NCBI GenBank assembly: GCA_040753675.1
Contig: JBFMEB010000002.1
Span: forward strand, 41,888-105,887
DNA length: 64,000 nucleotides
Direction of reading: 5' to 3'
Source of the DNA: Candidatus Omnitrophota bacterium
GTDB taxonomy: Bacteria > Omnitrophota > Gorgyraeia > JAHJTE01
Below the pieces are notes generated by a model, which saw only the letters and a list, made by a program, of their open reading frames with translations, was not told the origin of the DNA and did not search any database. The position numbers were made by a program, and so were the translations under genes. This document shows positions 41,966-51,270 of this stretch, one piece after another. The first letter of the stretch is position 1. Each line of letters begins with the position of its first letter.

Positions 41966-42124
41966 AGTATATTGTTTATCTTCTATGTATAAATATACAA
42001 CAAAAAATTATCAGGATAAAAAATAGTAGTACTATTAGTGTCGAGAGGATATTCTTCACTTCCCTTTCAGCCTGTCTTTATAACTTTAACTAAGTTACTT
42101 AAACAACTATGCAAGTTAAAAAAG

Positions 42125-42577
42125 TTAGTGGAGTTTCAATTTCTTTACTGGTTCAATCTTTTCTTCAAGTTCCGTGCCACACTTAGGACATTTGCCTGGT
42201 TTTATATCAGAGATTTTACACATTGGGCATTCGTAGCGGACATCCTTCTCAATCAAATCGGATTTACACATCGGACATTTTCCCGGTTTATTCTGTGAGT
42301 AATCGCAAGTTGAACAGGAATATGTGTGGGCAACCTTTACCTTTTTTAGTTCCGTCTTGCAAGTTGGACAAATACCCGGCTTATCTTGTTCATATCCGCA
42401 ATTAGGGCACTGATAAACTTCCTTTATGCTCACCTTTGATTCTACCTCAGTGTCCTTTGTAACACCATTAGCTTCCTGTGCTTGTGCTTTAGGTATACAT
42501 CCTCCGCAGGCAAAAGATTTATACTGAGGACTAAATACTACCAAACCTCCTATTATTAAAATAAACAGCAACTTCAT
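42125..42577 (-). CDS. Exported Cys-rich heavy-metal-binding protein
   Basis: Signal peptide; three YxCxxC...KPGxCPxC repeats. Confidence 0.8.
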   Translation of the reverse strand: MKLLFILIIGGLVVFSPQYKSFACGGCIPKAQAQEANGVTKDTEVESKVSIKEVYQCPNCGYEQDKPGICPTCKTELKKVKVAHTYSCSTCDYSQNKPGKCPMCKSDLIEKDVRYECPMCKISDIKPGKCPKCGTELEEKIEPVKKLKLH

Positions 42578-42698
42578 AACTTATTCACCTCCTTTTCGAT
42601 TTCTCTTTTATCTCCCGCGCAAGAAAGAAGAAACAGCAGAAAATTATTATTGCAAAAAGCGATGCTCCCATGAAAATTAAAATGGACATTTTCATAAT

Positions 42699-42893
42699 TT
42701 AAGCTCTACATTCTCCACGCATAGATTTGTGAAAACACTCTAAACACTTAGGACACAACCCATCGCTACAGTTCCAATCGGGATGTTTCTTCTTAATCTC
42801 ATCGATAATGTGAAGCTCGGCATGATGAATATATTTTACTAAGTCTCTTTCAACCTTTTGGTTGCAGGTTGAGCAGATGTAGTATTCCGGCAT
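42699..42893 (-). CDS. Small Cys/His zinc-finger protein
   Basis: CSTC, HH, HPDW, CPKC. Confidence 0.6.
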   Translation of the reverse strand: MPEYYICSTCNQKVERDLVKYIHHAELHIIDEIKKKHPDWNCSDGLCPKCLECFHKSMRGECRA

Positions 42894-42905
42894 TTTCTAT
42901 TTCCC

Positions 42906-44321
42906 CTATTCCACGCAACAGCTCATTCTTTTAGGATCATGTTTAAAGGATTGAGCAACAATTTTTATCGCTTCCGAAAAAGCGGGAAAGATATGCACGG
43001 TATCAATAATCTCATCTATGGTGAGACCAAATTTTACGGCTAAAGTTGCCTCATGAATTATCTCTGAGGCAAGGCTGGAAACTATATGCACACCCAAAAT
43101 TTTCTTTGTCTCATGGTCAAGCACCATAAAGATAAGACCTCTTGTATCTTTTATTGCTTTCGCCTTAGGAATTCTGTCCATCTTAACCGTTGAACATAAG
43201 CAGGTGCCGAATTTAACCATATAATCAGATTCTTTTATCCCCACACTGGCAACCTGTGGAGAGGTAAAGACAGCATAAGGGATACTATTAAAATCCATCT
43301 TAATCTTTGAATCTTTAAGCGCATTCTGCGTGGCAATATTTCCTTCTTTGGCAGCTACGGTCTCAAGCCACGGCGCTCCAATTATATCTCCTGCGGCATA
43401 AATATGAGGTTTTGCTGTCTGTAGGTAATCATTTACCTTAACAAATCCATTTTTATCCACTTCAATTGCGGTATTTTCTAATCCCAATTCTTGACTGTTT
43501 CCCATAACGCCCGTAGCTAATAAAATTTCTTCTGTTTCAATATTCTCAATATTCCCCTCCTTTTCAATCTGCACAATCTTTTTCTTATCCTTGCGAACGT
43601 TTTTTGTTTTTGCGCCGGTAATTATCCTTATTCCTTCATCCTCAAGAGACTTTCTTAATTCCTCAGAAACTACTGGCTCTGATTGGGGTAGAATGCGCTC
43701 CATTAACTCCACAATCGTAACTCGACTGCCTAATCTAGAAAAAATCTGTCCAAATTCCAAACCAATAGGGCCTGCCCCAATTACAATCAGGCTTTCGGGC
43801 AAACTCTTCAGTTCCAAGGCGGTGCGATTTGTTAAAAATCCAACCTCTTTTAACCCTTCGATGGGGATAATCTTCGTAGATGAACCGGTAGCGATGATAA
43901 ACTTAGAAGCAGAGAATTTATCGCCGTTTATTTCTATTTCATTTTGGGATATGAAATGTGCCTTACCTTCTTTAAAAGTTACTTTAGGTAGATTTTTAAG
44001 TACATCTTCGTAGTTAGATTTTCTTAAGGAATCGACCAAGATATTTTTCTCTTCAATAAGTTTAGTAAAATCGATCTTAGCAGAGGAAACTAAAGAATCA
44101 AAACGACTGTGATTTGCGTTATGATAATCACTTGCTACTTCTAATAAAAACTTTGTGGGCACACAGCCGACATTTACACATGTACCACCCATAGGCAAAC
44201 CTGAATTTACCATTAAGGTCTTGGCCCCTAATTCATCTGCCTTAATTGCTGCAGCAAAACCCGCAGCGCCACCACCAATAATGATTAAATCAAATTTATT
44301 ATCTGAAATAGAACAGCACAT
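42906..44321 (-). CDS. merA: Mercuric reductase (no N-terminal NmerA domain)
   Basis: GGTCVNVGCVP redox pair, FTSPQVASVG, C-terminal vicinal Cys MSCCVE. Confidence 0.88.
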   Translation of the reverse strand: MCCSISDNKFDLIIIGGGAAGFAAAIKADELGAKTLMVNSGLPMGGTCVNVGCVPTKFLLEVASDYHNANHSRFDSLVSSAKIDFTKLIEEKNILVDSLRKSNYEDVLKNLPKVTFKEGKAHFISQNEIEINGDKFSASKFIIATGSSTKIIPIEGLKEVGFLTNRTALELKSLPESLIVIGAGPIGLEFGQIFSRLGSRVTIVELMERILPQSEPVVSEELRKSLEDEGIRIITGAKTKNVRKDKKKIVQIEKEGNIENIETEEILLATGVMGNSQELGLENTAIEVDKNGFVKVNDYLQTAKPHIYAAGDIIGAPWLETVAAKEGNIATQNALKDSKIKMDFNSIPYAVFTSPQVASVGIKESDYMVKFGTCLCSTVKMDRIPKAKAIKDTRGLIFMVLDHETKKILGVHIVSSLASEIIHEATLAVKFGLTIDEIIDTVHIFPAFSEAIKIVAQSFKHDPKRMSCCVE

Positions 44322-44340
44322 TTGCTTTCCTCCTTGCTTT

Positions 44341-44898
44341 TTAAGGCTGACAAATTTTCAATCCTTTTCTTACAAATCTCTCAAAATCTTTTAAGGCTTT
44401 CTTCTGAATCGGGTTGATATGAACTTCTGGCCGCTTATCTTTTACGAAATTAATTGCATCTTTTGTATTCATCTTCTGCGTTAGAATTAAAAAACTTGCT
44501 ACAAAGGTTAGAGAGCGGCTGTGGCCGTGTTCGCAATGGACATAGGTTTTTATCTTCTGGTCAGTTAAAGATTTTAAGAAACAGCTACCAGCTAAAAGCT
44601 GTTCAGGCGAAAGCGGCTTGTGCTCTTTTGTAGGAAGCCACAAGTAAAATTTTACCCCGAAAGGCGTATCAATCTTCTCTCTTTCTAAACTTATATCTGC
44701 CCTTATTCCTTTTTTAAGTAATTCTTTAATAAACCTCTTTTCTTCACAGCATTTGTTTGTGCCTATGTAGATATATTTGGTAATCTTAGAATAGCCAAAA
44801 GGCAAATCATCCGGATGGCGCATTATTTCCTCCCCAAGAATAGATGAAAGAAGCAACAAAGAAACAATAAAATCACCGCGATTAGATAAATTATCCAA
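44341..44898 (-). CDS. Dual-specificity phosphatase-like protein
   Basis: YVHCEHGHSRS (HCx5R); true start may be the downstream MRHPDD. Confidence 0.75.
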   Translation of the reverse strand: MDNLSNRGDFIVSLLLLSSILGEEIMRHPDDLPFGYSKITKYIYIGTNKCCEEKRFIKELLKKGIRADISLEREKIDTPFGVKFYLWLPTKEHKPLSPEQLLAGSCFLKSLTDQKIKTYVHCEHGHSRSLTFVASFLILTQKMNTKDAINFVKDKRPEVHINPIQKKALKDFERFVRKGLKICQP

Positions 44899-44902
44899 TC
44901 TT

Positions 44903-45490
44903 TCATTCCGCAGTCTCTTTTATTTCTCCGGGCGCACTGGCTTTATAACCAGTTTTATTTACGGCTTCAATGAGCTTGTTTAAATTTGTCTTTTTAGGGT
45001 CGAAGGCAACCTTAACTTTTCCTTCTTTAGCTGAGGCAGTGGCTTCAATTACACCATCTACTTTTTTAAGGCTAGATGAAACAGTAAGTTCACAAGTCAA
45101 ACAAGTCATTCCTTTAACTGGAATAATAATACTTTCAAGATTAGCTACAGAGGTTTTTGGGATAATACTGCTTGGCTTAGCTGTATAGGTATACAAATTT
45201 AAACCTACAAAGAAGGCGACAATAATAGTTGCCACTATTAAAGTGATTAGAGTTGCTTGCTTATTCTCCATCTGGCAACCTTTTAAGTTACAGGCCCTTC
45301 TTTCCTTAAAATAGTACTTCCAAGCAATGATAATTAACAAAACACCCGCACCCACAAACCACCAGTGATATTTCCCAATCACTGCGCCTATGCCAAGACT
45401 CCCTAATCCTACCATAACCAGCAAAAGTGGTCCCACACAACAAATCGAAGCAAAGATCGCTGAAAATATACCTAAATTTTTTGCTTTCAT
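44903..45490 (-). CDS. MerT-like transporter fused to HMA (MerP-like) domain
   Basis: ASICCVGPL in TM1, loop Cys pair, C-terminal GMTCLTC. Confidence 0.85.
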   Translation of the reverse strand: MKAKNLGIFSAIFASICCVGPLLLVMVGLGSLGIGAVIGKYHWWFVGAGVLLIIIAWKYYFKERRACNLKGCQMENKQATLITLIVATIIVAFFVGLNLYTYTAKPSSIIPKTSVANLESIIIPVKGMTCLTCELTVSSSLKKVDGVIEATASAKEGKVKVAFDPKKTNLNKLIEAVNKTGYKASAPGEIKETAE

Positions 45491-45556
45491 AGAATACCTC
45501 CAACCCGCAGGAGGAAAGGAAACACCCTTAAAATGCTCCTATCCTCCTTCTAGAAT

Positions 45557-45805
45557 TTACGCAAAGAGACTTTTTACTTCTGCCAAACTCGGCTTTCCCA
45601 TCAGTCTAATCTTACCATCCACAACTACCGTAGGAACAGCCTTGATTCTATAATCCAAGGCTGGCTCACAGCATTCATCACCTTGGCATCTTCTTTCAAT
45701 TATCTCGCATTCACTACAAGCCTCTTGCCTTAAGATGCGTAATGTATCTTTGCAAAGAGGACAATCTGCTGTGAATACCTCAATTTTTCTCTTCATTTGA
45801 AACAC
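45557..45805 (-). CDS. Thioredoxin/glutaredoxin-like protein
   Basis: IEVFTADCPLC, AVPTVVVDG. Confidence 0.8.
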   Translation of the reverse strand: MFQMKRKIEVFTADCPLCKDTLRILRQEACSECEIIERRCQGDECCEPALDYRIKAVPTVVVDGKIRLMGKPSLAEVKSLFA

Positions 45806-45810
45806 CTCCT

Positions 45811-46107
45811 TTACTTTGCAAACTTATAGATTATATCCATAAGTTCATTATAGATTTCTTCTTGTTTCTCCTTACGTTTAGACTGCATTGCATCGGTAGC
45901 ACATATCTCTAAATAATTTCGCATCAGAACCTTACTTACACCTCTTAGGGCTTCGAAGGTAGAGGAGACCTGTTGCAGTATATCCAAACAGTAACGTTCA
46001 TCTTCTATCATATTTTTCATACCTTTAATTTGCCCCTCAATACGGCTTAAACGATCTAAAAGTTCCGATTTTCTTTCTTTGGAAATACAGCCTTTTTTTG
46101 TAGCCAT
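45811..46107 (-). CDS. CsoR/RcnR-family metal-sensing repressor
   Basis: RLSRIEGQIKG..M..ERYCLDILQQV. Confidence 0.9.
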   Translation of the reverse strand: MATKKGCISKERKSELLDRLSRIEGQIKGMKNMIEDERYCLDILQQVSSTFEALRGVSKVLMRNYLEICATDAMQSKRKEKQEEIYNELMDIIYKFAK

Positions 46108-46126
46108 TTTTAGCCTCCTATATAGA

Positions 46127-46173
46127 TATACTCCCTACCACTATAAGTATACCCTATAAAAAAGATTTGTCAA
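46127..46173 (-). promoter_or_regulatory. Promoter and CsoR-type operator of the metal cluster
   Basis: Minus TTGACA (46168-46173) and TATACT (46146-46151); TATACT...AGTATA dyad around a C-rich spacer (46127-46151). Confidence 0.55.
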
Positions 46174-46212
46174 GAGAATTCTTTTCTTGGATATTGAGTG
46201 TAGCAAACCGAG

Positions 46213-46446
46213 CTAAAGCCTGCCTAATGAGAGCCTTATAGACATTACTAGATACTCAAGACATCTATCACAACCAAGTAAATGTTTTATAATTCTGTTT
46301 CGTTCTTTTCTACTTAATAATCCCTCTACAAAGCAGGCCAAAGTTTCTTCATCTGGACATCTCCTCTTGCGCTGAGGGAGATTCTTCTTCCAATGCCTGT
46401 AGACAACCCGAATAAGGTTTTCTAAGTGACTATTCTTTAATTTCAT
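46213..46446 (-). CDS. Small zf-HC2 (anti-sigma-like zinc finger) protein
   Basis: CPDEETLACFVEGLL...HLLGCDRC (HxxxCxxC). Confidence 0.7.
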   Translation of the reverse strand: MKLKNSHLENLIRVVYRHWKKNLPQRKRRCPDEETLACFVEGLLSRKERNRIIKHLLGCDRCLEYLVMSIRLSLGRL

Positions 46447-46805
46447 TTAGACAAAAATATCATAAGAAGTATCCGTCGTAATCTCTTCTTCCATTTATTC
46501 CAGGCCAAGAGATTTGGATTCCTTCTTCGCCTTTTACCTACTTTGCTAAATCTTTCCAGCCAGCGGTCAAATCTTATGGAGAGGATATCGCCAATGCCAT
46601 TGCCACAGCCATAGATGAGGATTAACCAGACATGGTGCAAATTCTCTACCACAATCACGATTACATAGTACCAAAGTAAAATTGAGATAACTGAAACGAT
46701 AAAGCTTAAAATCTGCCTATTCTTTTGTATCGTCTTGGTGTTGAAGGCAGAGAAAAAACTTTCCAGTGCTCCTACAATAAAAATCTTGATAGCATTTAGA
46801 ATCAT
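46443..46805 (-). CDS. Small membrane protein
   Basis: Three hydrophobic segments, YGCGNGIG motif, basic tail. Confidence 0.6.
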   Translation of the reverse strand: MILNAIKIFIVGALESFFSAFNTKTIQKNRQILSFIVSVISILLWYYVIVIVVENLHHVWLILIYGCGNGIGDILSIRFDRWLERFSKVGKRRRRNPNLLAWNKWKKRLRRILLMIFLSK

Positions 46806-46808
46806 AGA

Positions 46809-47174
46809 TTATCTTTTTCCTTCATTAGCAATTCTATCGCCGATAAAGTAAACAATCGCCGCATCACGTATAAATCCGATTATCTCTTTGAAGTCATCTT
46901 TTAAGGTATGATATTTCGAGACCATTACGGTTGTCTCGGCTTCATATTTCTGGCTTAATTCTTTGCTTAATTCTTCAGGGGTCTTATTCTTGCAGGATAT
47001 CTCCCCTGCTAAAGGAAGGCTTATCTTCTGGTCTGGGCGGACGATAGTCTTTTCATCTAATTTCTTCCAGATGACAACCCTTAATTCGTCTCCCACTCTT
47101 AAGCGATAGTCGCCTGCTGTGGCGCAGCCGGAAATAATAATTGAAATGCATAAAATTAAAGCAACATGTTTCAT
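46809..47174 (-). CDS. Lipoprotein with polysaccharide-export (Wza N-terminal-like) domain, short
   Basis: Lipobox ISGC; YRLRVGDEL, VRPDQKISLPLAG, TPEEL. Confidence 0.7.
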   Translation of the reverse strand: MKHVALILCISIIISGCATAGDYRLRVGDELRVVIWKKLDEKTIVRPDQKISLPLAGEISCKNKTPEELSKELSQKYEAETTVMVSKYHTLKDDFKEIIGFIRDAAIVYFIGDRIANEGKR

Positions 47175-48223
47175 CTCGATATCTCCTTAAATTCCGTTAT
47201 GGTTAAATCTGCATGGGCAACATAAAGGCTCTGATTCTTTAATTTCTCTAAGAATTCACTTGGACAATAGGAAAGGATGAGTTTATTTCCTTGATTGGGG
47301 TCTATTCTGATGACTTTGTATTCCTTCTCCTCGAATGACCAGAGGATGTCTTTTATGTTCTCGTAGCCTTCGTAGAAGATAAAGCCAGAGATTATGGAGT
47401 TTTTAGGAATATCTATTGAGTCAAAGAGGCAGTAGGAGTATTCCTTGTCTGAGACCTGTTTTTGGATTTTCTTTCCTAAGATGACATTTATCTTGTTTAT
47501 GATGATGGCTGAGTAGGCCCTATAGGTTACAAGGTAGATTCTGTCTTTGTTGTCTTCTATGATTAGGCCTTCATCTAAGACAGCTAATACAGAGAATTCC
47601 TCATCTACCGGCATCTGGGATTCAGCCCAGATGCCTTTTATTCTTACTTTGATGAGGTAATTCTCGGAGTATTTCTTTGCTTCCTCTATGGCGCCGTAGG
47701 TGGTCTGGGAAATTCTATAGAATAAAGACTTATAGCCGATAAAGGATAAGGGTGTGGTTATAGTTACAAGGAAAATCAATATGGCAAGCAGGATATATTC
47801 CCTCTTTGAGTTTACCTCAATACGCAAGGATTTATTCTCTGGAAAGACAAATCTTGAGGGGCTTGGGTAAAAGAAGGGAACTCCAGATATATTCGCCATA
47901 TCGAGCATAATATGGGAGATAATGCCTATGATTAGGCCTGCGTATTTAAGCAATCCTAAAAAGAAGATAAAGGGACTGAAAAGAAATAGGCTTATTATGA
48001 TAAATATCCAAGAATGGGTAATCTGTCTGTGGCCATATTTCTGCTCAATTATCTTAGAAGGTGGGAATATCTTGCCTATGGCTGATTTAGGGGTGTCTAT
48101 ATCTGGTAAAAGAGAGCCTATACCGCTTAATGCTAAGGTTGTGGTATTTGGCTCTATTCCTAAGCTGGTTAGGATAAACTCTGTTAAAAGCACTCCAAAG
48201 GATATATGGGTAACTGAGATCAT
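47171..48223 (-). CDS. YdjM-like membrane-bound metal-dependent hydrolase with C-terminal extension
   Basis: TH, GSLLPDID, HRQITHS, SHIMLD. Confidence 0.8.
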   Translation of the reverse strand: MISVTHISFGVLLTEFILTSLGIEPNTTTLALSGIGSLLPDIDTPKSAIGKIFPPSKIIEQKYGHRQITHSWIFIIISLFLFSPFIFFLGLLKYAGLIIGIISHIMLDMANISGVPFFYPSPSRFVFPENKSLRIEVNSKREYILLAILIFLVTITTPLSFIGYKSLFYRISQTTYGAIEEAKKYSENYLIKVRIKGIWAESQMPVDEEFSVLAVLDEGLIIEDNKDRIYLVTYRAYSAIIINKINVILGKKIQKQVSDKEYSYCLFDSIDIPKNSIISGFIFYEGYENIKDILWSFEEKEYKVIRIDPNQGNKLILSYCPSEFLEKLKNQSLYVAHADLTITEFKEISR

Positions 48224-49179
48224 TGCTGGGCTCCTCTTCTTGCCTGTCTGTAAAGTAGATACCGGATAAATATGCCTATGCCTGTTAAGGCGCCAAATAA
48301 GGCGTAACCTTGGTATTCGCCAAAGCCTCTGTATACGAATCTCATCACGATAAAGAAGGCAAAGATTAGAATCACAAATGGCGAGGCATCAATCTCTTTT
48401 ATGCCGCTTCCGTGGATGAACATCTCTCTGACATAGGATTTTGTTATAACTTTTTGGGTCTTGGCGCGGTTTAGGGTTTCAACGATTGATAAGGGTATGC
48501 CTGAGGTATTGGCTATGACTTGATTGATGAAGAAGTCTCTGCATTTGACTTTTAGACGTTTTAATCTGATCAATCTATCTACAAGCAGTTTTGATTCATC
48601 CTTTGTTAGGGGTTCTATTTCGATGATATCAAACTGCCAGAAGAATCTTCGTAAGGTCCTTATTCTTCTTATGAATTGGCAGGCGCCGAAGATAATGCAG
48701 AGGCTTGAGAGCTCTTGTAATATGTCTGCGGTAGATGAGGTGATTTCCTCTAAGTGGTCAAAGATGAGGATAAAGGGCCTGGTTTTTGATTTTTCTTCTA
48801 GAAGTAGGATTACCTCCTCAGTAAGTTCTGTGACGGTTAAGCGTTTAATCTGTTTTTGTTGTTTCTGGGAGACTTTTTTCTTTAAGGTTATGTAAAGATT
48901 GATAAGCGTTTCTTTGACGGGTTTGAATTTCTCGATATAAAGATAAGGCCTTCTTTTTTCTTTAAGATGCTGGCAGAGGAGCTTTAAGATATGGGTCTTA
49001 CCTGTGCCGGGCTTTCCTAAAAGAAGGGTAGGAATTCCTTCATCTAAATTCTTGATGAGCTTCTTTAGTTCTTCTTCTCTGCCTATTGTGAAGTTAAGGA
49101 GATGTTGATCCATTGGTAAAGTCTTCCTTTCTAAAGGAGAAGGAAAATACCTTGTCGTAGACAGCGCCTTGGAATACAT
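48220..49179 (-). CDS. AAA-type ATPase with two C-terminal TM helices
   Basis: IGREEEL, GKPGTGKT, LIFDHLE; start uncertain (possibly MDQHLL). Confidence 0.75.
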   Translation of the reverse strand: MYSKALSTTRYFPSPLERKTLPMDQHLLNFTIGREEELKKLIKNLDEGIPTLLLGKPGTGKTHILKLLCQHLKEKRRPYLYIEKFKPVKETLINLYITLKKKVSQKQQKQIKRLTVTELTEEVILLLEEKSKTRPFILIFDHLEEITSSTADILQELSSLCIIFGACQFIRRIRTLRRFFWQFDIIEIEPLTKDESKLLVDRLIRLKRLKVKCRDFFINQVIANTSGIPLSIVETLNRAKTQKVITKSYVREMFIHGSGIKEIDASPFVILIFAFFIVMRFVYRGFGEYQGYALFGALTGIGIFIRYLLYRQARRGAQQ

Positions 49180-49762
49180 AAGTTATCTGGATTGAGACTT
49201 TGTAGTAGGGCTGGTCTGTTATAAGATAGAGTTTAAAGTCTGCCTCTGGGCCTCTTTTTAGGTTCTGGCCTACTACCCCTACGCTTGAAAGGACATATCT
49301 TATCCTGTCATTTGAGATTTTTACAGAGATATCGGATAAGATTTCGATGAAGATATCTTGTATCTTCTCAGCTGATGAGACTTTAATTTTCAAGATATCG
49401 CCTTTTAGGTCTGCCTTTACATCTAAGCCGACATCAGGGCCTTTTGGTTCGATTAAGGGAACGAAGGTTTCTTTCATAGTCTTATATTCTCCTATCCATT
49501 CTTTTACTGTGTATTGGACTGTGAATTTGGTTTTTATGTTAGATACATTTATCCTCTGCCCTTGCTTTAGGCCTCCTAAGTAGCGGTAGAAGGGAAAAAT
49601 TATTTCCAGGTGAAGAATATCCTTTTTTCCTGTGTTTATGAGGTATCTTCCATCGTAGATGAGCTTGGATTTTGGAGAATAGGTCTTCTGTTCTTCTTCG
49701 GCATAGAGAAGGCTTGTTGCGATAAAGAGAATTAGGATCAAGGTTATCCATTTTGGCTTCAT
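49094..49762 (-). CDS. Secreted hypothetical protein
   Basis: Sec signal peptide, beta-rich. Confidence 0.6.
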   Translation of the reverse strand: MKPKWITLILILFIATSLLYAEEEQKTYSPKSKLIYDGRYLINTGKKDILHLEIIFPFYRYLGGLKQGQRINVSNIKTKFTVQYTVKEWIGEYKTMKETFVPLIEPKGPDVGLDVKADLKGDILKIKVSSAEKIQDIFIEILSDISVKISNDRIRYVLSSVGVVGQNLKRGPEADFKLYLITDQPYYKVSIQITYVFQGAVYDKVFSFSFRKEDFTNGSTSP

Positions 49763-50044
49763 TTAGTTCTCCTGATTGTCTATATCTACGATATATTCAG
49801 AGCTCTGATAGTGGATTGAGATTACCCTTGAGTCACGAATTTCGATGATTATCATTCCCCTTTTTGTGCCTTCAATCTTCGATTTAATCCAAACGATTAA
49901 TTTGTTGTGTAAGGGTGCATGTGTTGTGTTCCAGTCCTTGGTCATTTTAGAACCCTCCTTTCGTTTTTTATTTGCAGTCTTCCAAGAGAGAATTGAAATA
50001 CCGGATAAATTCCTCTGCGACTTGTTTTGATTTAATGAGCACAT
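49763..50044 (-). CDS. Small hypothetical protein (probably starts at MTKDW, ~60 aa)
   Basis: GGAGG upstream of internal ATG; G-x-I-x-I-x-I-x-D motif. Confidence 0.5.
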   Translation of the reverse strand: MCSLNQNKSQRNLSGISILSWKTANKKRKEGSKMTKDWNTTHAPLHNKLIVWIKSKIEGTKRGMIIIEIRDSRVISIHYQSSEYIVDIDNQEN

Positions 50045-50510
50045 TCGATTCGTTGTTCTTGGATAAGGCGTAATAAGACCAGTTTGTGCTTCCTATGATT
50101 GTGATGTAGCGGTCTATGACGATGAGTTTGTTGTGGGTTGAGGTATAAAGGCTGTCGTAGTAGACTTTGATACCTCTATTTTCAAGCACCTCTCCTGTTT
50201 CATAGTTTTTGTCTGAGTTAGCTTTTCCGAAGTCTTTTGACTGTTCAAGGATAACTATTACTTTAACTCCCCTTTGAGTTGCATCGGCTAATGCTTCGAT
50301 AAGAAGATTTGTGGGGGTTGAATAATATTTACGATAATACCTTGCCTCATACATAACGATATAGATTGATTCCTTGGCTCCAGATATAGCCTTGTGCACT
50401 ACCTCAAAGTAGTCTTGATTATTCAAAGGCAATACATCATCGGCTGGAAGGGCGAATACAATTTGAGTGATGGTAAGTAATGCTACTAAGGTTAATATTA
50501 ACTTTCTCAT
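49968..50510 (-). CDS. Secreted phospholipase-D-family nuclease (Nuc-like)
   Basis: Signal peptide; single HNKLIVID...GSTNWS...NNE motif. Confidence 0.85.
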   Translation of the reverse strand: MRKLILTLVALLTITQIVFALPADDVLPLNNQDYFEVVHKAISGAKESIYIVMYEARYYRKYYSTPTNLLIEALADATQRGVKVIVILEQSKDFGKANSDKNYETGEVLENRGIKVYYDSLYTSTHNKLIVIDRYITIIGSTNWSYYALSKNNESNVLIKSKQVAEEFIRYFNSLLEDCK

Positions 50511-50512
50511 TT

Positions 50513-50833
50513 TTAGGGCCTCCTTTGAATTAAGTTAAGAAAATCTTTTAGGTTTAAGATTATGTAGTTGGCCTTATCGTTTTTGTACTTAAAGACCAGA
50601 AGCGGTATCCTGCCCTGAGCTTGTGCTTCTTTTTCAATTTTCTTAAGCCAATCTTTTTCTATCGCAATCTGCTTCTTGCCAGATGAGCCGCGAAGTTTAC
50701 ATTCAATTAAAAACTTATCTGTAATCACATCACCAGGCATAGAAGACAAGCTTCCACTTAAAGGAATTCTTTTACCTCCTATGAGTCTTGCTATTCTTCT
50801 TTCCATTGCTTTGTGGGTATTTTTGTGTGTCAT
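50513..50833 (-). CDS. Holliday-junction-resolvase-like PD-(D/E)XK nuclease
   Basis: MERRIA, SGS, GDV, LIECK. Confidence 0.7.
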   Translation of the reverse strand: MTHKNTHKAMERRIARLIGGKRIPLSGSLSSMPGDVITDKFLIECKLRGSSGKKQIAIEKDWLKKIEKEAQAQGRIPLLVFKYKNDKANYIILNLKDFLNLIQRRP

Positions 50834-50931
50834 TTGTGTTTGTGTGTTTTAAATATAAATATAAAGCGAAAATCTTGAGATACCTCCAAAACCCTCCCAC
50901 CCATCGCATACTTTTTAAAAAACTATCCCAC

Positions 50932-51270
50932 TCATTGCACAGTTTTAGGGGTAATCTCACCTTGGCAGTGGTTGATATTGGCTAATGTGCCTTTACCTTG
51001 TCTATTAGGGTTCTTTCCTAACCGGTAAGGATAAAGAGCGCAGTCTGTAAAATTGCACTCTTTGACTTCCTTCCATTCAAACCCAGAGCAGTCATAACAG
51101 CGCATCTTTATTGCTTTAAGGACCGGCTCTTTAAAGCCTTCTGCTCTTTTTCCCTGTCTTAAAGGATGGATGGGGCAATCTTCAGCCGGGCAAAGTTTTA
51201 CTTCCTTTGGCTGATCACCACAGCACCAGAAGCAATACTTTTTAACTGCGTATAATGGACCTGTTCTCAT
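50932..51270 (-). CDS. Protein with two tandem Cys4 repeats
   Basis: AVKKYCFWC...VKLC...CPIHPLRQG and AIKMRCYDC...VKEC...CALYPYRLG. Confidence 0.7.
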   Translation of the reverse strand: MRTGPLYAVKKYCFWCCGDQPKEVKLCPAEDCPIHPLRQGKRAEGFKEPVLKAIKMRCYDCSGFEWKEVKECNFTDCALYPYRLGKNPNRQGKGTLANINHCQGEITPKTVQ

